This document shows, one piece after another, positions 12,892 through 24,818 of a stretch of 64,000 nucleotides of DNA. Below the pieces are notes generated by a model. The model ran no database searches. It was not told the DNA's origin and saw only the letters and a list, made by a program, of their open reading frames with translations. The position numbers were made by a program, and so were the translations under genes. Numbering within the stretch: position 1 is the stretch's first letter; the number at the start of each line of letters is the position of its first letter. The DNA comes from Octopus bimaculoides (Eukaryota): the NCBI RefSeq assembly GCF_001194135.2, contig NC_069001.1, positions 19,294,321 to 19,358,320 of the forward strand, in the 5' to 3' direction.

Positions 12892-15050
12892 TTTTCAAGT
12901 GAAACTTGAAATAGTCAATGATGGCTCTACCAAAGGGGAATATATCTGTCATCATACCTTTCAGCCTCATCCACCAGACAAAGGAAAAGTGCCTTACCTG
13001 CCCTGTTAAAGGAGGGTAGTGGAGCAATCTTCACTATGGACTTGGCTGATAGACAGATCTGCCTTACATACAACAGCAACTGTTTGACAACTCCACAAGT
13101 CAGTAATGCACTCTGCACATATCTCAGATAAACCTGTCTGTGCCTGTAGAGTTTATCTGAAACTGGTAGTACCCCTCAGTAGCACTGCCAGGCCAAGGAC
13201 TTCAGGAAATTATTCATTGTAGTCCCCAACCAGAAAGTCTACTAGAGCAGACAAGTCTCCTCATTTTTAACGATACCCAAAGTCTCTCCATAAATGCTGT
13301 CGCACTTCTCAGCCACAAATTGTCTATATATTGCTACAGTGGAACATCCACCAATCCTATTGCTCAGCTGGTGGAGGGCTGTGAGCACCTGACAGTCTAG
13401 GTACCAGGCACCCAGTCTCAATATCTCCTTCACCCAGGATTGCAGCTCTGCCAAGATGAACTGCAGAAAGATGTGCCTCCCAAGTGGAGTTCATACACAC
13501 TCACTGTCTAGAAATCATTGCAAATGATGCACTCACAGCTCATATCTGCACATCAGCAACCATGGCATGCCTAAGCTGCCATACAGAGGGTGCTGGCAGC
13601 AGACTGACTACTGAACACATCCTTTTCACATGAAAATAAATAACAGATGTTCCAATCTGATCAGTAGCTGGGACAAGGTATGACAGTCAGGTGATAAATA
13701 ATAATGGAGGTGATATAGGCATTTACCACCTTTGCCTGCCACCAACTTGTATTTCTTTAGAATGGTGCCAACCACCTCAACTCAAAATGCATCTGATACC
13801 ATGATGATGTCATCTGTATATGCCAACACTACTCTCCTGTGTTCCGATTTAAATGGGATGCCTCTCAACTGTTCCAGCTTACACAGCAGTGGCTCAAGAG
13901 CCAGCATGTACAGAAGAGGTGTGAGCAGGCAACCTTGATGAACTGAGTGTGCGATTGTGAAATGGTTCCAATAGGTGACTTTTTACTTTGATCACTGAGC
14001 AGGTACTGCAATGCATTGCAGTGATATAATCTCTGCAAACGGGTCCAAATCTGGTTGATTTCAGGATGGTTTCGAACTTCAGTTGGTCAAATTTAACAAA
14101 TGCTTTAGATAGATCCAAATTGATCATAGCCTCACTGAAGCTAGCATTTGTCCCTACCCTCTCAATGATGTTGTTTTTGTTGTTTCTGTTTTGGCTGTTG
14201 TTTTTGTGTTTTCTTGTTGATGTTCCTGTTGTCTTTATTGGAGTAGTTGTGAAATGGGCTGTAGTTGTTCTTTTTGTGTTTGTTGTTGTATTTGTTGTGT
14301 TCTCAGAGTGTCACTCTGTACCCTCCTCCCCTTTCTGCTTCTTTCTTCAAGTTATTCCCCAAGGAATCAGTGGGAGATAGTGAAGTCTGGTCAAAACTTG
14401 TGGTATCTGAATCATTGTAATTGGTGTTGGTTTGGTAACCAGAGAGTTCAGAAGGAGTCTGCTCTTCTGTGGGAGCAGGGAACAAACTTTTCTTCTACCT
14501 TGATCTTGGTGTAGATGTCCTCAGCTACTTATGGTGTTGAGATATGGTCATGGTATTGACAACAGGGATGGTTTAGATTTCTTTAACTGAGAGGAAGAAG
14601 ACTTTTGATGAGTGGCACTTCCATAAGCATAATATTTTCCTTTCTGTCCTCTACCACTAATCTTATGGTCTCCATGCCTTCCATGCAGAAGATGTCAGGG
14701 ATCTTACAGAAGTTTTCTACTATGACAAGCATTTTCACTTCCACTCTAACCACTGACCAATTTTATTTTGGGGTCGATTTCATGATTAGTATATCGCCAT
14801 ATTCATCTTGTATCATCCCAATTTCTGGCAACACATTTGTAAATATAACTTAATGCACTCATCTCCCAGAACAGGATGGAATGAAAATATGTTCTGAAGA
14901 ACAAGGGTGTATAGCTATCATTTTCATTTCTTCCTCACTTTAGCATATTGCTACCAGAGACCTAAACTCCTTGCCTTTCCTTACATGTGAAATCAAATCC
15001 CTAATATCTTTCAGGTAATTTTCTGCTTCTGATTTTCAATTATCCTAGTC
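12660..15050 (-). mobile_element. Tx1/L1-clade LINE, decayed (ORF1 remnant plus RT and downstream region; endonuclease deleted)
   Basis: MINLDLSKAF, VHQGCLLTPLLYMLALEPLL, LAYTDD on the minus strand; ORF1-like remnant at ~14160-15050. Confidence 0.7.
12836..12887. repeat. (CT)n microsatellite
   Basis: About 26 CT units, read directly from the sequence. Confidence 0.95.
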
Positions 15051-15599
15051 TTCTTGTTAAGACAATGATAAATCACAGTTTTTCTCCTTTGTGATCTGAT
15101 CTTTTTCACTAGGTGATAGAACAGGCATTTTTTACTGCAATTTTGCTCAGCTTGATGGTCTTCTTCTCGAGCACAACATAATGCCAAAGATCTCGGTCAG
15201 TGACTTCATTAGACCCAATGTTCTAAAAGTGTTCTTTACATGACACCAGCATGAGTGCACTTGGCTTGATGGGTCCTCTCAAGCACAGCACATCGCCAAA
15301 GGTCTCGGTCACTAGCCATTGCCTCTGTGAGGCCTAAAGTTCAAAGATCATACTTCACCACCTTGTTCCATGTCTTCTTCCTGGGTATACCTCTACCACA
15401 GCCCCCACTCCCAGTTGATCTCAATAGAGTCAATGGCCATCCAACTATATGAGTCTTTAAGCACTGCAAGGATAAATACTTGATAACTAGCTTAAATGAG
15501 GGTAGATAAGCCACTCAAAAGTCTTAGCTGACTGTCTAGTGATGGTAACATGATAGAATTACTGGTTGGTGGTAGCCTTAAAACACATACTTCAATTAT

Positions 15600-15820
15600 G
15601 AGAGAAATATCAATAATGAGAAGTAATCCTGTGTCAATGAGGCCGGAGCTTTTAGCAAAGTTGTTGTGTCTAGCAGGTATCCTGTGAAACAGCAGCACAG
15701 GCTCAATCATAATCAAGCTACTGCTGAGCCTCAACAATGAAGGAGATTAAATGGATGAAGGAGAACAATAAATTGTTGTTTGGATGTTATATTAGAAGTG
15801 AGCCACAGAAAAGAAGCTAT
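15600..15820 (+). mobile_element. N-terminal fragment of an R4-like element
   Basis: KWMKENNKLLFGCYIRSEPQKRSY resembles the KW...N...CY..SEP..RGY N-terminal motif of RLE-type LINE ORFs. Confidence 0.4.
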
Positions 15821-16395
15821 CATCATCATCCTCATCTGGTTGATCTTGCTTGGACATTTTTAACATGCACACGCTATCCATCTCAGTCCTGCATCAGTTG
15901 AGGGAGGTCTTTAGGGAGGCATCCAGTGTCTACAGTGAGTTGATCTACATACATTGTATATAGATGACCAGCTCAAGTACAGCTATGCTTTGGCATCCAT
16001 AGCAGTAGGTTACTTGCCGGCTCTTGTTTCGCTCACCAGCAACGTCCTGCTAAGTGCAAGCATCTTTCTCCTATGATGTTGGAAACTAGTAGATTTCCAT
16101 ATAGCTGTTTCTTGGTGGGATGAGTTCTCAAAGATATGTTTAAGACTGCACTTAACATTCGGGTGTATGTTCTATCAAGCTTGATTCCAGATTTTGTTAA
16201 GTATCTAGGCTGTTGCTCGATATAAAAAGACTGACTCTATTGTTGCACAGAAAAAATTCCTCTTAAGGTTATCTGACAGAGTTGATTTCCAGACATCTTG
16301 TTAAGACAATGATAAATCACAGTTTTTCTCCTTTGTGATCTGATCTTTTTCACTAGGTGATAGAACAGGCATTTTTTACTGCAATTTTGCTCAGC
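15820..16395 (-). mobile_element. RTE-X-like LINE 3' end with (GAT)n tail
   Basis: WKSTLSDNLKRNFFCATIESVFLY ... GRCWRAKQE..LLLW.PKH; tail read as CATCATCATC at ~15820 on the plus strand. Confidence 0.7.
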
Positions 16396-16870
16396 TTGAT
16401 GGTCTTCTTCTCGAGCACAACATAATGCCAAAGATCTCGGTCAGTGACTTCATTAGACCCAATGTTCTAAAAGTGTCCTTTACATGACACCAGCATGAGT
16501 GCACTTGGCTTGACGGGTCCTCTCAAGCACAGCACATCGCCAAAAGTCTCGGTCATTAGTCATTGCCTCTGTGAGGCCTAAAGTTCAAAGATCATACTTC
16601 ACTACCTTGTTCCATGTCTTCCTGGGTATACCTCTACCACAGCCCCCCACCCCACCCCAGTTAGGGATCGGCACTTCTTTACACAGCTGACCTCTTCCAT
16701 ACACATCACATGACCATACCAGCACAGTTGTCTCTCTTGCACACCACATGTGATGACTCTTGTGCCCAACTTTTCTCTCAAGATGCTTACACTCTGTCAA
16801 ACATGCACACTGACATTGCACATCCAGTGAAACATACTGGCTTCATTTCTTTCAAGCCTACACAAGTTTG
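16390..16870 (-). mobile_element. RTE (BovB-like) LINE 3' fragment
   Basis: Alignable with the 3' ORF/UTR of the RTE copies at 22165-24400 and 35247-36423. Confidence 0.7.
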
Positions 16871-16884
16871 GTTTTACTAGGATT

Positions 16885-17785
16885 AACAAGCAGTTAATAT
16901 TATGACTGGTGATTTCACCATTGACAAATTGAAAGAAGTCTATAAAAACACCAAAAGCCAAAAAGCTGATAATCTGAATAGCATTCTGCTTGAAGTCTAG
17001 AAAACAGGAGAATTCAATTGTATTTTGTTAGACTTCTGCAATACAGTCTACTATGGCGGCAACATTGACAAATGGACAGAAGGCTGCATACTTTGATCTC
17101 CAAAGAAAGGTGATTTGGAACTCACAGAGAACTACAGAGACATCACTCTTACAGTAATTGCTGCAAAAATTTATAGTTCACTCCTATTCAACAGGATACA
17201 ACCATAAATTGAGAAAGTTTTGAGAAGAAATCAAAATGGCTTCAGAAAAAATAGATCAGCTGTCAGACAAATACTTACAGTTCAACATCTTGAAGGAGTA
17301 AAAGCCAGAAATCTTGAAGCAGCATTATTGTTTGTTGATTTCTCAAAGGCTTTTGACTATCTACCAAGGTAAAATAGAAAAAATACTACTGGCCTATGGT
17401 TTCCCTGAGGAAACAACACCAATAATTATGATGTTCTAGAACAAAACCCAAATCAATGGTAAGATCCCCACATGGAGATGCTAGTTTCTTTGATATCAGA
17501 GCTGAAGTACTCTAGGAGGACACATTGGTACCTTTTCTCTTTATGATCACTCTGAATTATGTCTTCAGGACATTACTTGACAAGCTAAACAGCCTCAGTT
17601 TCACATTCACAAACAGACCAATCAGACATTCAGCTCAAAAAGTAACTGATGTAGACTATGCTGATGATTTAACTTTGCTCTCTCTGTCACAGTATCAGCC
17701 CTAATTACTTCACAGTCTAGAATTAGCTACACGTAATGTTGGACTGCTTTGAAATCCTAGTAAAACCAAAACTCAAAATGGCTAT
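16885..17785 (+). mobile_element. RTE-X-like LINE RT fragment
   Basis: WTEGCIL, KKGDL...NYRDI, RNQNGFRKNRS, LLFVDFSKAFD, DYADDL; same family as 3370-6945. Confidence 0.75.
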
Positions 17786-17817
17786 AGGAAAAAGTTATTA
17801 GAGTTCTGGAAAATATA

Positions 17818-18268
17818 CAGGGTGATTACGAAGTCTTTCCCTGATTATAAGCCTTTATTGAACAAAAACTTTTCAAGATACAGAAAGTTTTTTGGTATAC
17901 TTACAGCATCTGCCAAGAAGTTTTTATTCACATAAAATGAAATTCAGTAAACTTCAACATGGGCCCCTTTTGTGGTTCAGAGCACATCTAATTGATATTC
18001 AATTTCATCCCATGTGTTCTGAAGATTATCAGTTGTTACTGATGAGACTGCTTCAGCAAACCTGGCCTTTAGAGGCTGAAGATCATAACTGGTGTACTGT
18101 ACACTTTGTCCTTCAGATACCCCAAAAAATAGAAATCTAGCGGGGTAGTGTCTGGTGAACATGGAGGCCATGGTGTTCGTCGACCTCTCCTAATCTACCT
18201 GTTTAGAAAGGTTTCATTCAAAAATTGATGGACACATATGCCCCAGGGTGGAGGAGCCCCATCTTGAG
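17818..18268 (-). mobile_element. Tc1/mariner-superfamily fragment (QDGAP...WPP.SPD.TPLDF type)
   Basis: Terminal TA|CAGGGTGATTACGAAGTC; minus-strand QDGAPP, WPPCSPDTTPLDFYFLGYLKDKVY. Confidence 0.7.
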
Positions 18269-18454
18269 AGAAAATAAAATACAGAGAAATAAGAACCATT
18301 TCATTTTCATTTTATCTAGTTTCAGCTCATGAGCTGTGGCCATGCTGGGGCACCGCCATTTGGAAAAGGAAAATAAAAGAAAACACCAATTCACAGCAAA
18401 AGGATTTAAGTAAGACTGAGGAAGTAAGGAGAGGTAATACAAGCATCAATGAGT

Positions 18455-18645
18455 AGAACCAGGAGACTTGTTAGAGCATCAAAAAAAAAATGCCTTGCAG
18501 CATTTATTCAAGCTCTTTACATTCTGAGTTCAAATCCTACCAAGTTCAATACTGCTTTCATCCATCTGAGGTTAATAACATAAAGTACCAGTTAAGCACT
18601 ACAGTGAATTGATTTCACTAACTCCATCTCTCAAAATTGCTGGAA
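18455..18645 (+). mobile_element. Decayed tRNA-derived SINE
   Basis: TTCTGAGTTCAAATCC...GCTTTCATCC...AAGTACCAGTT, alignable with 8670-8890 and 63209-63410. Confidence 0.55.
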
Positions 18646-19407
18646 GCCATCATTAAATGTCTATGGAACAAAGTATAACTGTGTGGTTCTGGATTAAATT
18701 TCCCTTTGTATTGCCTTTGCTGTCTCCTGCCATAGTATCAGATTGACCAATTTTTATGAATGGTATTTAGAAACAGTACAGAAATCTACTTCATATATTT
18801 ATACATGTGTATGTGTGTCTGTTTACTTTGTATGTTCCTTTTGATGATGGATATAGACATTAGCAAAAAAAAAAAAATCAAAACCTGTGCTTTTCAAAGT
18901 CCCTTGTAATATTTGTTCTGCACCAAGTTTCCCACATAACTTTACCAGATGATTAGATGGTACCCATTCTTACTGATAACTATATAAACTGAGGTACAGT
19001 AGAATATATTGTGCCACTACACCAGAGATGCTCTGATGAGAGATATCTCCTGAAATATAGCACCAGTCTGTCACACAACATTTTCTGGTGATATGGTATT
19101 TATTCTTCTAACAGCTTCTGACAACTGAAATAATGTTCAATAAAATGTTCTGTCCAGAAATACAATAAAAATCCCTGTGATGGACTTGAACTCAAAACAA
19201 CGAGTTGATAGTGCTTTATTACTTTATCCACTCATGGCTACTCAATAAAACCAGGGAATCACTTTGGACATTGTAATATTAAATAACTGACAAAATCTGG
19301 TACCAGTTCTCCTCATCTAGCTGGAGTGATTCATATAGAGCTCTTCCGGAAACAATAAGAAATACAAGTCATACATTTGAACTCACAACCAGACATATCA
19401 TACTTAC

Positions 19408-19480
19408 CCACACGGAAACCATTATCTAGTTTCTGTTGAGCAGCCACTTTCTTTGCTACAAACAGTAAATGTCCAAGAAG
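19408..19480 (-). CDS. HINT2: HINT2-like, penultimate coding exon
   Basis: Minus strand: ttttactttgtAG|CTT CTT GGA CAT TTA CTG TTT GTA GCA AAG AAA GTG GCT GCT CAA CAG AAA CTA GAT AAT GGT TTC CGT GTG G|GTAAGT = LLGHLLFVAKKVAAQQKLDNGFRV + G. 73 bp; the last G joins TA of the next exon to give GTA (Val). Confidence 0.93.
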
Positions 19481-20074
19481 CTACAAAGTAAAAATGACAA
19501 TATAAAGAACAACATAAGAGTTCAATTTGATTAGTTTCAAGATGTTGCAATTGTTTTTTTAGCTTCTGATCAACCAGATAGAACAGGCTAACTATGATTT
19601 CAATTTTTATGTGTCTCAGATTTTAGAACAGATAAGAAGAATAATTAAGGTACATTTTTAAAGTCCTTTTGTTAACAGGTAATCTCAAACTGTTTTACAT
19701 TGCTGTCTTTCCTCTGAATCTTAATAACAATCACTTAGTAGCAGTAGTAGTGTCATTAGTATTAAACAGCTGTTTTTCTCATCTAGAGTTTAATAATGGC
19801 AATCACCATCTTTGTAGACTAATCATATTTTCATTAATATTAATTAGCTGATTAATTCTTGGTAGTTCTCATATAGCATCTAATAGTTTTCACTAAGTTT
19901 ACAACTCTGTTTTCAACACATCAAGAATCATTCAATGGACATGCATATTTGCCACCACATCCTGGCAATTCATAGCCATCCTTTCCTTCTATGTACAGGT
20001 ATGATATATTTGGTGCATGAGCATATATGTCTATGTGCATGTGTGAAAGGTATATACTTTCACAATTAAGTGTA

Positions 20075-20230
20075 TGAGGGGATACTAGAAAGAAACCGAA
20101 ATGTTGCAATATTATTTTATTCACTTAGTTTTACATGTTTACATTTTTATCACATTCAAAGTATTCTCCATCAGTAGCAATGCATCAGTTCAGATGCATT
20201 TTCAAGTGATCAAAGCAGTCGTAGAACTCT
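20075..20230 (-). mobile_element. Mariner terminal fragment (same family as 39762-40367)
   Basis: TA|TGAGGGGATACTAGAAAGAAACCGAAAT...TATTCACTTAGTTTTA matches the left end of the 39762 element. Confidence 0.6.
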
Positions 20231-20369
20231 TAGAGCTAGGACACAAAAGCACAAAAAAAATATGGGGAAAGAAGAATATGGAAGCTTAAAGACAGAAGAG
20301 TAGATGGATGGCTGGTGAAAGTTATTCAAGTCATATACAAGGATGCTGTCAGAAAGGTGAGAGTTAACA

Positions 20370-21128
20370 ATGAATTTAGTGAGCAGGTAGGAGTTCACCA
20401 AAGTTCAATCCCCTCTGATTCAACATAGTCCTGCGGGCCATAACAGAGGAATCTAAGATCAGTTGCCCAAGAGAACTCCTCTATGTTGATGACCTTGTTC
20501 TTATAAGAGAATTAGAAAAGAAATTCCAGGTGTGGAAGCAAAACCTGGAATTAAATGGCCATAAAGTTAACTTGGTAAAGACCAAAGTTTCAGTAAGCAG
20601 GAAAACAGACAGGATGTTAATCACTATTTGATAAGTAGAAAAGTTGTACATAGAAATTTCATACAGTGTACCCAGTGCAAAATATGGGCACATAAAAGGT
20701 GCAGTGGAATCAAAGTTAACAGGGAAAATAGAATTTGTTTTTGGTAGATGTGTCAATGCAATAAACACTAACGGCACATAGGAAATAGATTTTCTGCAAT
20801 ACCAAAGAGCATCTTTAGCCGTAGTAGGTAGTTTGTTACCTAGGAAACCTAATTAATAGAATCGGAGGATGCTCTGAAAATATAGGTACCAGAATAAAAT
20901 GAAGGAATTTCAGAGTGTTCTGTTCATAACCAAAGGCCTCTCTCACTCTCAGAGTGAAACAGAGATGGTATGATGATTGTATATGAACAACATTGCCTAC
21001 ATGGTTATGAAACATGGGCTATGAATGCAGAGACAAGTGAAAACATGATAGAAATGAAGCTAACATGCTCCTTTGGATGTGTAACATTAATACGCATGTA
21101 CAACAAAGTAAAAATATGTTAAAAGAAA
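20370..21128 (+). mobile_element. RTE (BovB-like) LINE internal fragment
   Basis: ELLYVDDL, KVNLVKTKV, HKRCSGIK; alignable with 27800-28590. Confidence 0.75.
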
Positions 21129-21384
21129 ATGTACATATATATATATATATATATATATGTNNNNNNNNNNNNNNNNNNNNNNNNNNNNNNNNNNNNNNNN
21201 NNNNNNNNNNNNNNNNNNNNNNNNNNNNNNNNNNNNNNNNNNNNNNNNNNNNNNNNNNNNNNNNNNNNNNNNNNNNNNNNNNNNNNNNNNNNNNNNNNNN
21301 NNNNNNNNNNNNNNNNNNNNNNNNNNNNNNNNNNNNNNNNNNNNNNNNNNNNNNNNNNNNNNNNNNNNNNNNNNNNNNNNNNNN

Positions 21385-22155
21385 GGTTTTTTTCAATTGC
21401 ATGAACTAAAAGTTGGATTGGGACAGGATAAACTACTTGCATCAACCCTAACCCTAACCCTGCTATAACAGCAGGTAATAATTTCATCTTGTCCTTATTC
21501 TTAGTGCAAGTTTTGAAGAGAGCAGTTCGATTTTAACAGTTATTTTTTCAAAGCTATAATGGAAGTGACAAAGGAGCATATTTGGCATATTTTGCTTTAT
21601 AAGTTCAATAAAGGTAACAATTCAACAGAAAGTGCAAGGAATATTAATGCAGTATATGGGGATCAGACAATAAGTGTAAGCCAGTGTCAACGGTGATTCC
21701 AGAAATTCCGAACCAGAAACTACAGCCTAGAAGATGAGCCTCATCCTAGAAGATCTGTAGAGCTTGATGAGGACATTCTGCAAACCTTGGTGGAACAGAA
21801 TCCCATTGCAACTGTTGAGGAACTAGCAGAGAAGCTTGGATTTGCTCATGCAACCAGTCATTCAGCGAGGATGATATTCCAAGGGTTGAAGCAGTTTGAA
21901 TGGGAAACGATGCTCCACCCACCATATTCGCCGGACATTGCCCCATCTGATTATCATTTATTCTGCAGTCTTCAAAATTATTTGGACGGAAAAAATATGA
22001 ACACTGTAGACGAGGTCAGAACAGTACTGGAGGAGTATTTTTCGTCATGGAAAAATGAATTTTGGAAGAGGGGCCTTGCAAATCTACCAGATAGATGGAA
22101 GAGCATCGTAGAAAATGAAGGCGAGTATATTTGCATTATTTATGAGATAACCCAA
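21385..22155 (+). mobile_element. Internally deleted mariner (5' end in N gap)
   Basis: MEVTKEHIWHILLYKFNKG HTH start joined to HPPYSPDIAPSDYHLF; 3' TIR CATTATTTATGAGATAACCCAA|TA. Confidence 0.8.
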
Positions 22156-22164
22156 TAGATATAT

Positions 22165-24400
22165 ATCATCATCATCATCGTTTAACGTCCATTTTCCATG
22201 CTGGCATGGGTTGGACAGTTTGTCTGAGGTCTGGAGAGACAGCAGCTGCACCAGGCTCCAATCTGATCTGGCAATGTTTCTACAGCTAGATGCCTTTCCA
22301 AATGTCAACTACTCCAAGAGTGTAATGGGTGCATTTTACATGCCACTGGCACAGGAGCCAGTCAGGTGGCCCTGGAATCGATCCTGTTTGGATAGTACTT
22401 TTTACACGACGCCGGCACAGAAGCCGGTCAGGGGGTACTGGCATCGGCCACATTCAAATGGTGCTTTTTACATACCCCTGGCTCAGGAGCCAGTCAGGGG
22501 GCACTGGCCACAGCTACAATTTTGGTTTTACTTGACTCAATGGGTCTTCTTGAAAAAATCATATCGCCTGATGCTTCAAAGGTACTCTTAAATGGGCCAG
22601 ACATGCAACACTGGCATCAGCCATGGCTGCAATCTCACTTTATTCGCCAGATCTTCTCAATTACAACATATCTCCAAAGGTCTCAGTCACCTGTCATTGC
22701 CTCTGTGAGATCCAATGTTCGAAGGTCATTCTTCACCGCCTCATCCCATGTCTTCCTGGGTCTACCTCTTCCACATGTTCCTTCCACAGTTAGAGTGTGA
22801 CACTTCCTCACACAACTGTCTTCATCCATACATGACACATGACCATACCAGTGCAGTCGTCTCTGTTGCACACCACATTTGATGCTTCTTATACCCAACT
22901 TTTCTCTCAGGGTGCTCACACTACCGTGTATGCACACTGACATTACACATCCAGTGGATCATACCAGCTTCATTTCTTTCAAGCCTATGCATGTCCTCAG
23001 TAGTCATGGCCCATGGCAGTTCACACACATGCATCATACAGTCTATCTTTCATCCTGAGCAAGAGGCCCTTAGTTGCCAGCAGAGGTAAGAGCTCTCTGA
23101 ACTTTGCCCAGGCTATTCTTATTCTAGCCAATACACTCTCAGAGCCACCACCCCCAACTACAGATTTGGTCACCTAGGTGGTGGAAGCTACCAACTACTT
23201 CTAGTCTTTCCCCCTGACATGTGATGGAATCTGTTTTCTGTACATCTTCAGTGATTATTGCCCCTGTGCATCGACCACATACAAAAACTATCTTCTCAGT
23301 TAACCTTCCTTTGATATCGCTGCACCTTTCATGTATCCATAGCTTACACCAGGTACATCATATGGGGTCTTTACCCATGCCTTTTCTACAGATCAAGCAG
23401 AACCATCTACCTGAAGGGGTTTGTGATTTGTTAGCCTTCCTACTTACGAAGACTTTGGTTTTTGCTAGGTTCACTCTATAACCCTTCAATTCTATACCTT
23501 GCTTCCACACCCTAAACATCGTCTCTAGTTCTGGCAGTGACTCAGCTATTAGAGCAAGGTCATCAGCATAGAGGAGCTCCCAGGGGCATCCTGTCTTGAA
23601 CTCCTCTGTGATTGCCTGGAGGACTATGATGAATTAGAGGGGCTGAAGACTGATCCTTGGTGAACCCCTACTTCTACCCAGAATTCTTCAGTATACTCAT
23701 TGCTAACCCTCACCTTACTGACAACATCTATGTAAAGGGCTTGTACAGCACTTACCAACCACTCGTCTATCCCTAGTTTCTGCATTGACCACCAGATAAG
23801 GGATAGGGGGACCCTGTCAAAGGCTTTCTCCAAGTCAACAAAAGCCAAGTACAGAGGTTTATCTTTGGCTAGGTATTTCTTCTGCAGTTGCCTTACCAGA
23901 AATATAGCATCAGTGGTGCTCCTGCCTGGCACTAAACCGAACTGCATCTAATCTAGGCTCTCTCTCTCTTCCTAATTAGTTACGCTATGACGCTCTCTGT
24001 AACTTTCATTACCTCATCCAATTATTTGATACCCCTGTAGTTATTTCTATCTAAAGCATCACCTTTACCTTTGTAGCAGTTGACTAGGATGCTGCTACAC
24101 CAGTCATAGGGTATGACTCCTTTGTGAACTACCTGATTTATGATGCGGGTGACAAGACCACAACCCACACCGCCCGATATTTTATGCATCTCAGCGGTGA
24201 TTCCTAATGTGCCAAGTGCTTTCCTTGTCTTCATATCCTTAATTGCTTTATCTACCAGGGTACTGTCGATTCTGGTAGCTGGTCCCTCGATTGGGTCAAA
24301 CTTTGGCAGACTCTCGTCCTTTCATTCATTCTCCACATTCAGCAGTCTTTCATAATGGTATCTCCAAGCCTCTTCAGATTGATTATCCTCTCCATTTTCT
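22165..24400 (-). mobile_element. RTE (BovB-like) LINE, 5'-truncated, with internal deletions and (GAT)n tail
   Basis: YKGKGDALDRNNYRGIK, MQFGLVPGRSTTDAIF, AFVDLEKAFDRVP, GVHQGS, LLYADDL, RGRPRKTW. The 3' UTR has ~60-bp tandem subrepeats (~22325-22520); tail ATCATCATCATCGTTTAACGTCC on the plus strand. Confidence 0.92.
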
Positions 24401-24818
24401 TATTTGCCTTACATATTCTGAGTAAATTTCTGGTTTACCCCCACTAATTCCTAATATTCAATTGCGATACTGCCTTGCAGTAGTAAACACTTGGATATAA
24501 ATACGTAGGTATACATCCAGTACTATATTGGATATTTATTATGCCTTAGATGGTTGCTTAACCTCTAATACATACAGACATATATATATATGTATATATA
24601 TATATATATNNNNNNNNNNNNNNNNNNNNNNNNNNNNNNNNNNNNNNNNNNNNNNNNNNNNNNNNNNNNNNNNNNNNNNNNNNNNNNNNNNNNNNNNNNN
24701 NNNNNNNNNNNNNNNNNNNNNNNNNNNNNNNNNNNNNNNNNNNNNNNNNNNNNNNNNNNNNNNNNNNNNNNNNNNNNNNNNNNNNNNNNNNATATAAGTA
24801 TTTATGTATTTATATATC

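Noticed and set aside
19029-19062. TGCT CTGATGA GAGATATCTC CT GAAA TAT AGCA, a hammerhead-like string on the plus strand
   Set aside because: Stems I and II are plausible, but stem III and the cleavage triplet are too short or absent. At best a dead remnant, and it is antisense to the host gene.
21446-21460. CCCTAACCCTAACCC telomere-like repeat
   Set aside because: Only 2.5 units, embedded in the mariner 5' region; not an interstitial telomere array.
22325-22520. ~60-bp tandem repeats (also 35415-35700) that superficially resemble a repeat-spacer array
   Set aside because: They are degenerate subrepeats of the RTE 3' UTR with no unique spacers, in a eukaryotic context; not CRISPR.
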